This document shows positions 45,256-55,294 of a DNA stretch of 64,000 nt, one piece after another. The notes under the pieces are model-generated. The model saw nothing but the letters and a program-made list of their open reading frames with translations, had not been told where the DNA came from and did not search any database. The position numbers were made by a program, and so were the translations under genes. Positions within the stretch are counted from its first letter, which is position 1. Every line of letters begins with the position of its first letter. The stretch comes from an uncultured Candidatus Saccharibacteria bacterium (GTDB taxonomy: Bacteria > Patescibacteriota > Saccharimonadia > Saccharimonadales > Saccharimonadaceae), in the NCBI GenBank assembly GCA_947253945.1, contig CAMYAY010000003.1:22664-86663 (forward strand), in the 5' to 3' direction.

Positions 45256-47520
45256 ATGTTGGGTTGGACACTCTTTCGCACCTCATTTAAGTCGAGCTGG
45301 CGGCGCTTTGCTTTGATTAGTGGCGCCGTGGGGGTGGGGTTTGCCGTTATGCTCCTCTTTACTGCCATGTTTGGCCCGTTTATGTCGAGCGGACGCGATG
45401 TCTTTATGTCCTCTTTTATGGGCGAGCAGAAGCAAATTTACAACGTTGACCCAGTGGAAATGGTGGCGTATCAGACGAATTGGCGCGGGCAAAGCGTAGC
45501 GCAGTACGAATTGCAGCCGACGGGCGCACGTTTGCCGCAGTTGCCAGAGGGCATGACGCGGCTGCCAAGCAAGGGCGAATATCTGGTTTCGCCGGCATTA
45601 TATGAGGTAATGCAACGCTATCCGGCGGACAATTTGGGGCAGCGCTTTGGCGATAAGCTAGTTGGCGTCTTGCCGAAGCAGGCCACGTTGACGCGCGACG
45701 CGTTGGTGGCGGTGACGGGCGGCATTAGTCCGGCGCGACGTAATTCTGTGGGCAAAGTTTACCGCTTTGTGCCGACGATTTGGCGCGCTGACCCAATTGA
45801 AGCGCGGATTCCCGCGGTAAAGCTGATTAAAACGGTGATGTACGCCGGCGTGGTGATTCTAATGTTGCCAGTGCTGTTCTTGCTCTCGATTGCGATTCGC
45901 TTGGGCTCGATTCAGCGCGCGCGCCGTTACTCGGCATTACGCTTGGTGGGCGCTACCAACGGGCAAATCACGCGCATTATTTTACTGGAGGCTATCTTGG
46001 CTTCAGTGGTTGGCTTGGCGGTGGGCGGCGTGTTGTACTTGCTAACGCGACCATTCCTTGCCGAGTTGAAAATGGTTGGTGGGCAGCGGTTGTGGCTGGA
46101 AGAGATTACCTTGACACTGCCGCAAGTAGCATTGCTAATTGCTGGCACACTAGTGCTGGTTTGTCTCACTAACTGGTGGGCGATGCGCAAGGTGCACACT
46201 TCGCCACTGGGTGTCATGGTGGCGCATGCTAGCGAGAAGCGTCCTCGCCTCTGGCGGCTGATACCGCTGGTACTGGGGCTGGGGATATTGGTCTGGGTGA
46301 AGGTGAGCAAAATGTCGACGCTCAACGTCTCTTATTGGCTGCTTGGCTCTATTGCCATCTGCATGTGCGGTATTGTGCTGGCGGTGCCGTGTTTCACTTA
46401 CCACTTGTCTCAGTTACTTGCGAAGTGTTCTCGCCGCCCAGTTGGCCTGATTAGTTTTAAGTACATCAACCGCCACGCCCGCGCCATCTCGCGCGCGGTG
46501 GGTGGCATTGGCTTGGCAGTGCTGGCGGGGACGTTCTTCCTTGCTTGTTCTGGCGGCGTGGAGCAGGTCTTAAGCAACGCCGCCGGTCTGGCGCAGCCGA
46601 ACGCTACTTTCGCCAAATTAGGGCAGAATTCCGCGCAGCCGCTGAGCCATGACGCGGTTGCCCAACTCGGGCGGTGGCTGCAGCAGTTTGGCGCGAAGAA
46701 TCTCACGCTGGTGACGCTGCGTTATACAGACGAGAAGAACGGTGAAGACACGCTGTCCAATCTCTATTATGTCGCGGAGTGTCGGGCAATGTTGCCGCAC
46801 ATGAAGCAGCTGGACTGCACCACGCCGCAGCACCGTTACGTGGCGTTTAGTCCGGAGTCGAAGCTGGAAAAAGCGGTGTTGTATGCGCCGGCACCAGATA
46901 AGTTTGCTAATCTCAAGCAGTCTAGTGGCTGCAACGACCCGTCGGTTTGTGCGAAGCCGGCGACAAACAAGCAGGGGTATTTAGCGACGATTACACTTGA
47001 GCAGCATGAGGCGGCGATTAGCGCCATTGAGAAGATGGACCGCGATGCGAAGAATTTGGCGGGCGGTCAAATTACGCTGTATCGGTTGCACGAAACAGCA
47101 TTAAGTTCGACTCGCGCAGCTATGGAGTCGCTGTCCAAGCTGACTTATTGGGGGCTGGCCTTTACCATGACTGTGGCGATGATTAGCGTGGCCATTTCGA
47201 CCGTGGCGGGTATGCTGGAGCGCCGCCGCACACTGTACGAGTTGCACCTCTGCGGTATGCAAGTGGGTGAGTTGCGCCGCATGCTGATAATTCAGGCCGT
47301 GCTACCACTGGTTGCCGCGACGTTGCTAGCGCTTGGCGTGGGCTACTTGGAGGCGAACTCGTTCCTTACTCTCAGTTCCAGCGTGAAAGTCGCGCCGAAG
47401 TTGCCACCGCTGTTTTACGGCATCGTGGGTGGCTTGCTCGTGGCGACGCTTGTGGTGGTGGCGGTACTTACGAAGTCTGTCTCCCGCACCGTTGACCCTG
47501 AAAACAATCAGACTGAGTAG
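45256..47520 (+). CDS. ABC transporter permease, FtsX-like fold, 754 aa
   Basis: Two multi-TM blocks separated by a large extracytoplasmic region, with FtsX-type C-terminal helices. Co-operonic with the ATPase. Confidence 0.7.
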   Translation: MLGWTLFRTSFKSSWRRFALISGAVGVGFAVMLLFTAMFGPFMSSGRDVFMSSFMGEQKQIYNVDPVEMVAYQTNWRGQSVAQYELQPTGARLPQLPEGMTRLPSKGEYLVSPALYEVMQRYPADNLGQRFGDKLVGVLPKQATLTRDALVAVTGGISPARRNSVGKVYRFVPTIWRADPIEARIPAVKLIKTVMYAGVVILMLPVLFLLSIAIRLGSIQRARRYSALRLVGATNGQITRIILLEAILASVVGLAVGGVLYLLTRPFLAELKMVGGQRLWLEEITLTLPQVALLIAGTLVLVCLTNWWAMRKVHTSPLGVMVAHASEKRPRLWRLIPLVLGLGILVWVKVSKMSTLNVSYWLLGSIAICMCGIVLAVPCFTYHLSQLLAKCSRRPVGLISFKYINRHARAISRAVGGIGLAVLAGTFFLACSGGVEQVLSNAAGLAQPNATFAKLGQNSAQPLSHDAVAQLGRWLQQFGAKNLTLVTLRYTDEKNGEDTLSNLYYVAECRAMLPHMKQLDCTTPQHRYVAFSPESKLEKAVLYAPAPDKFANLKQSSGCNDPSVCAKPATNKQGYLATITLEQHEAAISAIEKMDRDAKNLAGGQITLYRLHETALSSTRAAMESLSKLTYWGLAFTMTVAMISVAISTVAGMLERRRTLYELHLCGMQVGELRRMLIIQAVLPLVAATLLALGVGYLEANSFLTLSSSVKVAPKLPPLFYGIVGGLLVATLVVVAVLTKSVSRTVDPENNQTE

Positions 47521-47522
47521 AC

Positions 47523-47786
47523 TTACTGCTCTTGCGGGCGCTGTTCTTTGCGATAAGCGTCAATTAACCGGCGAAGCTCTGCTTTGCCGGTTTTGTTATA
47601 GAGGTCGCCTTCAATTGCGCCCAGCCCAGCCACGATGGCACTGGCAATATCGTCATCCTGCAGCTGAGGGTTAAGACTTGCCAGTGAAAAAATATGTTCA
47701 ATTGCCGTGCCATCCAGCTCTGCCAAGTGTTGGTCGACAAAATCGATAAATTCCGCCCGCGTCATCTTTTCAAATTGCTTATTCAT
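47523..47786 (-). CDS. Small hypothetical protein
   Basis: 87-aa ORF that converges on the permease gene. Confidence 0.3.
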   Translation of the reverse strand: MNKQFEKMTRAEFIDFVDQHLAELDGTAIEHIFSLASLNPQLQDDDIASAIVAGLGAIEGDLYNKTGKAELRRLIDAYRKEQRPQEQ

Positions 47787-47809
47787 AGTTTGCTAATGGA
47801 CATTAAAAA

Positions 47810-48076
47810 TTAGTACTTACGGTCGCCGTAGTCTAGTGTAGCGTCAGGCTCGTTGACGCGCGCGCCGGCTTGTCCGCCATCTAGCAGCTGCATGATAAAT
47901 TCATCAAAGTCGTAAGCCGCCGGCTGCTCGTTAAAAATCACCACGCGCCGTGGCACAGACAAGCCACTGAGTTCCACTAATGCTGCTGTGGTTTGGTCGT
48001 AGCGGTCGGTACTTACGAGACGTGCCGCGCTGGCTTCTGGCACATATTGCCGCGCCACTGTGAGATAATCTTCCAT
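47810..48076 (-). CDS. Small hypothetical protein
   Basis: Start set at MEDYLTVARQY. The ORF track extends further upstream. Confidence 0.3.
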   Translation of the reverse strand: MEDYLTVARQYVPEASAARLVSTDRYDQTTAALVELSGLSVPRRVVIFNEQPAAYDFDEFIMQLLDGGQAGARVNEPDATLDYGDRKY

Positions 48077-48190
48077 AATATTATTATAAAATATATATAC
48101 ATTAGTAGCCACTACTTTGTCTGTGCGTCTGCCGCTTTGTTGGCTAGAGGTTTTGGGTATTTTTATGAAGCGTGTGCTAAAATACTGTTT

Positions 48191-48691
48191 ATGGAGCAGG
48201 GGCAACTAGACATTCAAGCGACATACGACGATTTAATGTCGCGCGTGGGCAAGTCGACAGAGGCGGACCGGCTGATCGCCATCCAGCTGCTGGCGCAAAT
48301 TGATGCGCGCCACGCGGCGCGTCATGCAGCGGAGCGCAAAAAGCAAGCCAAGATGATTGAGACCGGCCAACTGGCGTTCGACTTTGATGGCTTTAACGAG
48401 ACAGACACCATTGCGTTGGCGCTAGAGCTGGTCGACCGCGCCACTGCTGAGAAAATCGTCCAAAATATTGAGGATTATCCAGATGAAGACCACTATAACA
48501 TCAAGTGGCTGGCGCAGCGTTGTCGGCGCGTGAAATACGCGGATATCTTTGACCGCCGCGATGAAGCACTCAGTTCTGCTATTGCCGAAGCGTGGGGCGA
48601 TGCTGATATGATGGAACGCAACTTGCGTGATATCGCCGGCTTGCCATCGCAAGACGAGCCTGCGGAGGATGAGTCTGACGCTCGCCGATAA
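48191..48691 (+). CDS. Hypothetical acidic protein
   Basis: Start set at MEQGQLDIQATYDDLM. A terminator follows at about 48721-48750. Confidence 0.4.
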   Translation: MEQGQLDIQATYDDLMSRVGKSTEADRLIAIQLLAQIDARHAARHAAERKKQAKMIETGQLAFDFDGFNETDTIALALELVDRATAEKIVQNIEDYPDEDHYNIKWLAQRCRRVKYADIFDRRDEALSSAIAEAWGDADMMERNLRDIAGLPSQDEPAEDESDARR

Positions 48692-48751
48692 AGTAGACTA
48701 AGCCAATCCATCTCATATGATAAACCCCCAGCTGCAGTGCTGGGGGTTTAA

Positions 48752-49645
48752 TTAATTTTTGTGTAGACCGCGCAGAAAGTCGGTGGGCTTCATGCGCTTG
48801 CCGCTCTTTGGGTTTAAAATCTCGATGAGTTGCAGCGCGCTATCGCCTTGGCAAGGGATGACGTCCGCCCAAGCGTCGCCCGTGAAGGGTTCTAACGCCT
48901 TGGCTTTAGTCACAATGACCGACTGCCCGCCAAACTCAATCCGACACTTCGGCCACGCGCCGAACGCCCGCAGGCGGTTGTAGCACTCGCGCGCCGTCAT
49001 GGTGGCTGGGTCGAGCGCGCCATCTTCCTTGCGAATCATGTGACAGTAAGTGGCGAGGTCGTCATCTTGCGCGAGCGGCGGCAGTTTGCCCGCCACGATA
49101 TCGGCCAGCTTCGCAACAAAGAGTTCCGCGCCGCGCTGGGCAAACTTGGCGTAAAGGTCGGCGGTGGTTTCGTCGCCGGTTAAGTCCACGCGCTCTTGAT
49201 AAAAAATCGGGCCGGCATCCATAGCCTTGGCGACTTGCATCAGCGTCAGCCCAGTGAAGTGGTCGCCCCGCGCCACGGCAGTCTCGATTGGCGACGGCCC
49301 GCGGTAGATGGGCAGCATAGACGGGTGAAAGTTGATGATGCCGTGTGGAAAGAGGTCAATCACGCTCTCCGGTATAATCTTGCCGTACGCCACCAGCGCA
49401 CCGCAGTCGGCGTGAAAGGCGGCGATGTCGTTCACGGCGGTGCTCAGCTTTTCGGGCTGCAAGACAGGAATGCCGTGTTGGTCGGCAATTTGTGCTACCT
49501 CAGGGCGGGTCAAGGTTTGGCCGCGGCCGCGCTTAAAATCTGGCTTGGTCACTACGGCGACCACCTCATATGGCGCGGCGTCAATCAAGGCTGACAGGCT
49601 GGGCGCCGAGATGGCGTCGGTGCCGAAGAAAATCACTTTAATCAT
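48752..49645 (-). CDS. fmt: Methionyl-tRNA formyltransferase
   Basis: MIKVIFFGTDAISAPSLSALIDA...HPSMLPIYRGPSPI... Downstream of def. The ORF-track N-terminal extension into def was rejected. Confidence 0.85.
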   Translation of the reverse strand: MIKVIFFGTDAISAPSLSALIDAAPYEVVAVVTKPDFKRGRGQTLTRPEVAQIADQHGIPVLQPEKLSTAVNDIAAFHADCGALVAYGKIIPESVIDLFPHGIINFHPSMLPIYRGPSPIETAVARGDHFTGLTLMQVAKAMDAGPIFYQERVDLTGDETTADLYAKFAQRGAELFVAKLADIVAGKLPPLAQDDDLATYCHMIRKEDGALDPATMTARECYNRLRAFGAWPKCRIEFGGQSVIVTKAKALEPFTGDAWADVIPCQGDSALQLIEILNPKSGKRMKPTDFLRGLHKN

Positions 49646-49665
49646 AGGGCTATTATACCACGCGG

Positions 49666-50304
49666 CTAGGCGCGCTTTTTGCTGTAAAGCGTGGCGCATT
49701 GGCGAATGTACTCGGGGTCGGTCGGCAGGATGCGCATTTTTTGCACTTCGGCGTAAGGAATCGGCTTGAGGTCGCCGTTTGGCATTAAAATGGAGAAGGC
49801 GCCTTCGTCTTGCGCGATGCGGTCGATAAAGCAAATGCCATTGGTGTGGTCAATCTCGTGCTGCAGCACCCGCGCCAGAAAGGCGTTGGGCGATTTGACG
49901 TGGACGCGGTTGCCGTGGATGTCGGTGGCGCGCACGCGCACCTTGGTGTAGCGGGGCACTTCGCCGTAAATGTCTTTAATGGAGAGGCAACCCTCTTGGT
50001 CGTATTCAATTTTGCCTTCGTATTTAACAATTTCGGGGTTGATGAGCACGGTAAAATTGTGGTTGTCTTTGTCGTCAAAATCTTCGCGGATGATAATCAC
50101 GCGCGCCATTTGGTCAATTTGCACCGCTGCGAGCGCCACTGCCACCTCATGCGGGCGCGAGGCTTCCCAGTCGAGCGCGGCCGCCTTCATGTCGGCGATA
50201 ATCTGCTGTGTCGCGGGCGATAGGGCGTCGACCCGCTGGCTGCGCTCGCGCAAGTGGTCGTTGGGCAGGGTAATAATATCTTGATATGTGTAGCTAGACT
50301 TCAT
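49666..50304 (-). CDS. def: Peptide deformylase
   Basis: Motifs GVALAAVQI, EGCLS, QHEIDHTNG. Confidence 0.9.
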   Translation of the reverse strand: MKSSYTYQDIITLPNDHLRERSQRVDALSPATQQIIADMKAAALDWEASRPHEVAVALAAVQIDQMARVIIIREDFDDKDNHNFTVLINPEIVKYEGKIEYDQEGCLSIKDIYGEVPRYTKVRVRATDIHGNRVHVKSPNAFLARVLQHEIDHTNGICFIDRIAQDEGAFSILMPNGDLKPIPYAEVQKMRILPTDPEYIRQCATLYSKKRA

Positions 50305-50384
50305 GGTACCATTATACCAGATTAAGCGTTGACCTGCGGCGGGCGATGTGTTACACTGGTAGAGTTAATAAGTAAAGGAATTAA

Positions 50385-50690
50385 ATGAAAGCAGTCATTA
50401 CAAGTGGCAACAAGCAATACACTGTTGCCGAAGGCGAGACCCTTTTGGTAGATCATCTGCCAGAGGCTGAAAAAGCTCTCACGTTTGATGCACTGTTGAC
50501 TATCGATGGAGACAAAACGACAGTCGGCACGCCAACCGTGAAGGGTGTAAAGGTAAGCGCCGAAGTCGTTGATGCCCTCGTTAAGGGTGAGAAGACGTTG
50601 GCGATTCGCTTCAAAGCTAAGAAGCGTGTCAACAAGGTTCGTGGCGGTCGTCACGAGTACACTCGCATCAAGATTACCTCTATCAAGTAA
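50385..50690 (+). CDS. rplU: Ribosomal protein L21
   Basis: MKAVITSGNKQYTVAEGETLLVDHL... Confidence 0.9.
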   Translation: MKAVITSGNKQYTVAEGETLLVDHLPEAEKALTFDALLTIDGDKTTVGTPTVKGVKVSAEVVDALVKGEKTLAIRFKAKKRVNKVRGGRHEYTRIKITSIK

Positions 50691-50943
50691 TACAGGTAGT
50701 CGCTTGAGCCCGCCAGCTTGGCGGGCTTTTTTGATTGGCTTTTGTCGGCAAATTAGTCTAAGCCGCGAGCTAAATCGGTTTGAGCTGGGTCGCCGCGTCC
50801 GCCGGCGGGCTTTACGCTAAAGGCTTGTTGCCGCATTGTGCTTGTGTTATACTAGAGGTATACGCGCGAGAGACGTAGTTAAATAACTATCCACACTACT
50901 AGTGACCGATAGTTAATTGCGAGAGTTAATAACAAGGAGGGTA

Positions 50944-53189
50944 ATGCGGATAGCAAATCTATGCCAACTTTTGTCACGCCGGCTGGCGTGGAACAATGGC
51001 GCGGGGCGCTGGTTATTTGGGCTACCCCTGTTAGTTGCGGCGCTGGCGGTGGCTAATGTGCAACCGGTAAGGGCTGAGATGGCGGACTACGTTGGCATGG
51101 ATCTTGATACTAATGAGGTGAAGCTTAACGATGACAATGATTTTACGCAGGACACTACCATCACAGTGAACCACGCCACGCGCAAATTCAACCTCAGCAT
51201 GTTTGCTGACACGGCTGAATTAAAGAGTACTGACGACAAAAATACGGCTAGCATCAAGCCAATAGGGGGGGCAATCGCGACCTCGAGGCTGGGCAGTGGG
51301 GTTACCGTTTGGCGGGGCAGACTAAATTTAGCCCAGTTTCCGCCGACCAAGCGAAGCCGACGATTTTAAAGCAGGACGCCGACGGCCCACAAGAGATGGA
51401 CGAGAAAGTGACATTTGCTGTCAACAAGTCGGGTGTGTTACAGGGCACTTATAAGACCAAGGTGACTTATACGTTGACGTTTGCGCCGTCGTCATGGCCG
51501 TTTGATAGCGATACTTGCCGCTCGGGTGACCAGAAGAGCGGTTGCAAAGTTGACATCGATCCACACATGATACCCGTCAAATACACCGGTAATGAGACGA
51601 AGCCGGAGTGGCGGACGGTGGCGAAGGCGGAGGACGCCGCGAATCAGGGTGACTGGTACGATTACAGTCAGCGCCGTTGGGCGAATGCCATCACTGTGAA
51701 GAAGGATGCACTCGCTAAATATCAGCTCGCTAAAAAACAAGGTGAGTCGATAAAGGTGGACGACGCCGACGTGCTAGGCTATTGGGTGTATGTGCCGCGC
51801 TACTCGTACAAAGTGCGCGATTATAGTGATGTCGACGAAGATAGTCACGGCGCAGACAATAACTTTGAGATTAAGTTTGAGCGCGCCAACCAGCCGCGGC
51901 GGATTTCGGACCCGAGTGATACTGTTGACCACGACACTTACGAACCAGATATTGCCTCTTGGGATTGGCATAGCCCTTGGAAGACGCCGCGTGGCTTTGT
52001 GTTTGGCGACCGTGACCTCAATGGCATTTGGCTTTCAAAGTACCAGATTAGCTTCGCCAACAATACGGCTCAGTCGTTGCCGAACCAGCCAATGCTTCGC
52101 GGTGGCACTAAGGATACTGATTTGTTGGTGAAGTCGCTGACGGTGCTTCAGAGCATTGGCAAGCCTGACCCGAAGCAACCCAAGCCAGCAGGCGAAGTCG
52201 ATTTACCACCGGTGAAGCAAAATTCACACAACTTGGCCGAGCTCAGCTCGCGCATGCCGCGCAGTTCTGAGTATGCCACGGCTATTTATCTAGCTTACAG
52301 TAAGTACGGTATTGGGCTTAATCGTGAGCATAAGTATACCGAGGGCAAGAATCGTGGTAAGGTGCAGTGGTATGACGGCATTCAGGGCAATAATTTTGAC
52401 CTCTATGCTTCTCATGGAGGTGGAGATCCTACTTATGGTAGTATTACCGGCTGCGGGCCGTTAGCTGACCAGAGTACGGCTAAGTACGGTAAGGAGGGTA
52501 GCGCCGTGCGTGGTGGCACAGCTGGTACTGACGCGGCTTGCGGCGTTGACCTTAAGCATGGCTATTACACTAAGTTGGGACAGCTCGCGAGCACTAGTGG
52601 TAATCAAACCGGTATTTATGATATGGCGGGATCGAATAGCTGGGAAGTGACAGCGTCGCTGATGAAGAATGTGAATGGCGATGGCGGTTCCAACGACAAT
52701 AGCGACAGCGGTATTGAGATTGAGGATGACAAGGATAAGAAAAGAAAACGAAAATGGAGTTTTAAGGAAGCACTTGAAGAGCAATTTGAAAGTGGTAAGT
52801 TGCCAGCGCCATACTATGAATACCTAAGATATAACGCTTCTGGCGACGATGAGCAAAATGAATTTACTCTTAATAGTGGCAAAGATTTTGGCGACGATGT
52901 TGGCTATGACGGCGAAATAAATGACTGGATTAATGCTGGTGGCATGGCAAATGACGAGTTTAGTTGGGGAGGCAGTAACTATCTTGATGGCAGTACTACC
53001 CTTTCTGGCGGTGATAACTGGAATGGGTTTCCTCTGGTGTCGCGTGGCGGTGGCTATAAGGAGGATGTCTCGAATGGGCCACTTTCGACGTTTGTAAGTT
53101 CAATCTTTAAACCTGATGGCAGCGACACTTACCGTGCCGTGCTGACTTTGCCACCAGAAATCCCAAAGAACGATGTTTCTGATAGCTAG
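50944..53189 (+). pseudogene. Surface-protein family member H, split by a frameshift at an internal poly-G tract. Either a phase-variable gene in the OFF state or a pseudogene.
   Basis: AAGGAGGG SD and ATG at 50944. The ORF track splits it into 50917..51369 and 51309..53189 in different frames. The break falls at a G tract around 51265-51271, just before the family QWGY motif. The downstream part carries CKVDIDPHMIPVKY, YWVYVPRYSYKV and GIYDMAGSNSWEV. Confidence 0.55.
51265..51271 (+). repeat. Internal poly-G tract (G7 according to the ORF-track frames; I count 7-8 in the printed sequence) at the frameshift site of member H
   Basis: With one more G the frame reads ...KPIGGGNRDLEAGQWGYRLAGQTKFS... 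and continues to 53189. Confidence 0.5.
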
Positions 53190-53254
53190 GCTAGCAGCAT
53201 AAACTCTAGTGGCACGAGCTGCGCACTGACGGGCCACATTAAGCTAAGCAATGG

Positions 53255-55228
53255 CTAAAGCAGGCTGAGCGGGTCGAGTTCGGCGTGCCAGCCCAGTGGT
53301 AGTTCGCTCAAGATTTGCCGCAGGGTGGTGCGACGGGGTGCGCGTACTACGATTTGCCAAGTGTACTGACCGCCGAGGCGCTCATAAAAGCTGGGCGCCG
53401 GCCCCAGTACCGCTACTTGGTCGCGGTAGGCGGTGCGGAGGTGGTTTGCAAGGCGGCTGCTGGCGCCCGCGGCGCCGCGCTCAGTCTTGTATGTGCAAGT
53501 TAGCTTTAAGAGGTAGGCGAAGGGCGGGAAGTGCCCACGCTCGCGCGCTTGAATTTCGGCGGCGTAAAATCCGGCGTAGTCTTGTTTGGCGCCGAAGGTG
53601 ACGGCCGGCGCGGTTGGCTGGTAGGTTTGAATAATAGCCGTGGTCGGGTCGGCAGTGCGCCCCACGCGCCCACAAACTTGGGCAATCAGCTGGAAGGTGC
53701 GCTCGTGAGCGCCAAAGTCGGGCAGATTTAGGCCGGCGTCGGCTTGCACCACACCCACCACGCCGAGTTTGGGTAGGTCGAGCCCCTTGGCGATGGTTTG
53801 CGTACCTATGATGATATCGATGTTGCCGTCGCGCAAGTCGGCGTAGCGGTCTTGCACTTGTGCGCCAGCGGCGGTGTCGCTGTCAAAGCGCGCCACGGTG
53901 GCGGACTTGAACAGCTTGTGCACCTCCTCCTCAATGCGCTTAGTGCCGATGCCCTTATTTCTGATGTCGATGCTCTGACACTCAGGGCACTTGAGAAAGG
54001 GCTTGGTGGCGTAGCCACAGAGGTGGCAGCGCAGCCGGAAGAGGTCGTGGTGCAGGGTGAGCGGTAGGTAGCAGCGCGGGCAAAGCGCCACCCAACCGCA
54101 GTCTTGGCACATGGTGGTGCTGGCGGTGCCACGGCGATTGTGGAAGAGAAGAACTTGGCGGTGAGCGTCGCGCGCTTGACACATGGCGTTGATGAGCGGC
54201 GTGGATAAGAGGCGACTCTCGGTGTGAAAGTTGTCGCGGCGCGTCATGTCAACAATTTGCACGGTCGGCGGCACGGCGCCGGGGCGGGCGAGCTGGTTGA
54301 GTTCAATAATCGGCCGCTGGAAGTGCTGCGCAAGGTAGTAGTCGGTGATGGACGGGGTGGCAGAGCCTAGAATCAGCCGCGCGCCGGTGAGCTGGCGCAG
54401 CTGGCTGGCGACAGTAGAAGTGAGGTAACGCGGCGCGGAGTCTTGCTTGTATGACGGCTCGTGGCACTCATCCACCACAATCAGCCCGAGGTGCTGCACG
54501 GGCATGAATAGGGCAGAGCGCGGCCCCACCACGACCAGCGGTTCGGTGGCGGTCAAAATGTAGTGCCAGATGATGACTTTTTCGGCGGCGGTCAGGGCAG
54601 AGTGGACGGTAACCACGTGCGGGAAGGTCTGGCGAAACTCCGCCACTAGCTGGGCGGTGAGGGCAATTTCGGGTACCAAGATAATCACCGACTGCCCGCG
54701 TTGCAAAGTCGCTTGCGCCACGGCCTTGTAGACGTTGGTTTTACCACTGCCGGTGATGCCGTGGAGTAGGCTAGTGCCGGTTTGGGCGAGAATTTGCTGG
54801 ACGGCGGCTTGTTGCGCCGCGTTGAGGGGCGGTGTAGTCAGCGGTTGTGGCGCCGGCTCGGTGTAAGGTTTGATGCGTTTGCGGTTCAAGCGCGTGGGCA
54901 GCATGGTTTGCCATGCCGCGCCGCCATTAACGGCGTAGTAGTCGCGCAACCATTGTTGCAGGTCGACTAAGGCAGCGGGCAGCGGCCGGGAGTAGACCAC
55001 GCGGCAGATGGGCTTGTAGTTAATCTTGCGCCCCTTGGCATCAGTGAGTGGCGGGTCGGTGACGGGCTTTAGCACCACGCCCAAGCGAGTCTTGGTTTCG
55101 CCCACTGGCACCTCAACAATCAGCCCGCGCTCTAGCGGTTCATCTGCTGTATAAGTCAGCTCGCCGCTCCAACGCCCTATGTCTCCTACCATCGACACCA
55201 AGTAATACATACCTAAATTATACAACAC
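53255..55228 (-). CDS. priA: Primosomal protein N' (PriA helicase)
   Basis: Walker A GITGSGKT, DExH (VVDECHE), the Cys-rich zinc region CQDCGWVALCPRC...CHLCGY...CPEC, and helicase C-terminal motifs. The exact start is uncertain. Confidence 0.85.
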   Translation of the reverse strand: MLYNLGMYYLVSMVGDIGRWSGELTYTADEPLERGLIVEVPVGETKTRLGVVLKPVTDPPLTDAKGRKINYKPICRVVYSRPLPAALVDLQQWLRDYYAVNGGAAWQTMLPTRLNRKRIKPYTEPAPQPLTTPPLNAAQQAAVQQILAQTGTSLLHGITGSGKTNVYKAVAQATLQRGQSVIILVPEIALTAQLVAEFRQTFPHVVTVHSALTAAEKVIIWHYILTATEPLVVVGPRSALFMPVQHLGLIVVDECHEPSYKQDSAPRYLTSTVASQLRQLTGARLILGSATPSITDYYLAQHFQRPIIELNQLARPGAVPPTVQIVDMTRRDNFHTESRLLSTPLINAMCQARDAHRQVLLFHNRRGTASTTMCQDCGWVALCPRCYLPLTLHHDLFRLRCHLCGYATKPFLKCPECQSIDIRNKGIGTKRIEEEVHKLFKSATVARFDSDTAAGAQVQDRYADLRDGNIDIIIGTQTIAKGLDLPKLGVVGVVQADAGLNLPDFGAHERTFQLIAQVCGRVGRTADPTTAIIQTYQPTAPAVTFGAKQDYAGFYAAEIQARERGHFPPFAYLLKLTCTYKTERGAAGASSRLANHLRTAYRDQVAVLGPAPSFYERLGGQYTWQIVVRAPRRTTLRQILSELPLGWHAELDPLSLL

Positions 55229-55294
55229 CCCGCACCGCGCCTATAAAATATAAGCGCATATGTTATAATAGATACATAACAAAGGAGCCAGCCA

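Noticed and set aside
48752-49834. 360-aa ORF for fmt extending upstream into def
   Set aside because: The N-terminal 63 residues are basic and low-complexity and overlap the def coding region. The conserved Fmt start MIKVIFFG at 49645 with a nearby RBS is the real start.
11534-51272. Exact G-tract lengths
   Set aside because: They are not rejected as features. However, my by-eye counts of homopolymer length (9, 9, 10, 9, 7-8) may be off by one. The ON/OFF assignments therefore rest on the ORF-track frames rather than on the counts alone.
50917-53189. Treating 50917..51369 and 51309..53189 as two independent genes
   Set aside because: The two ORFs overlap in different frames exactly at a G tract. 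Together they reconstitute one family-type protein with N-module, linker and FGE-like domain, so they are one gene with a homopolymer frameshift.
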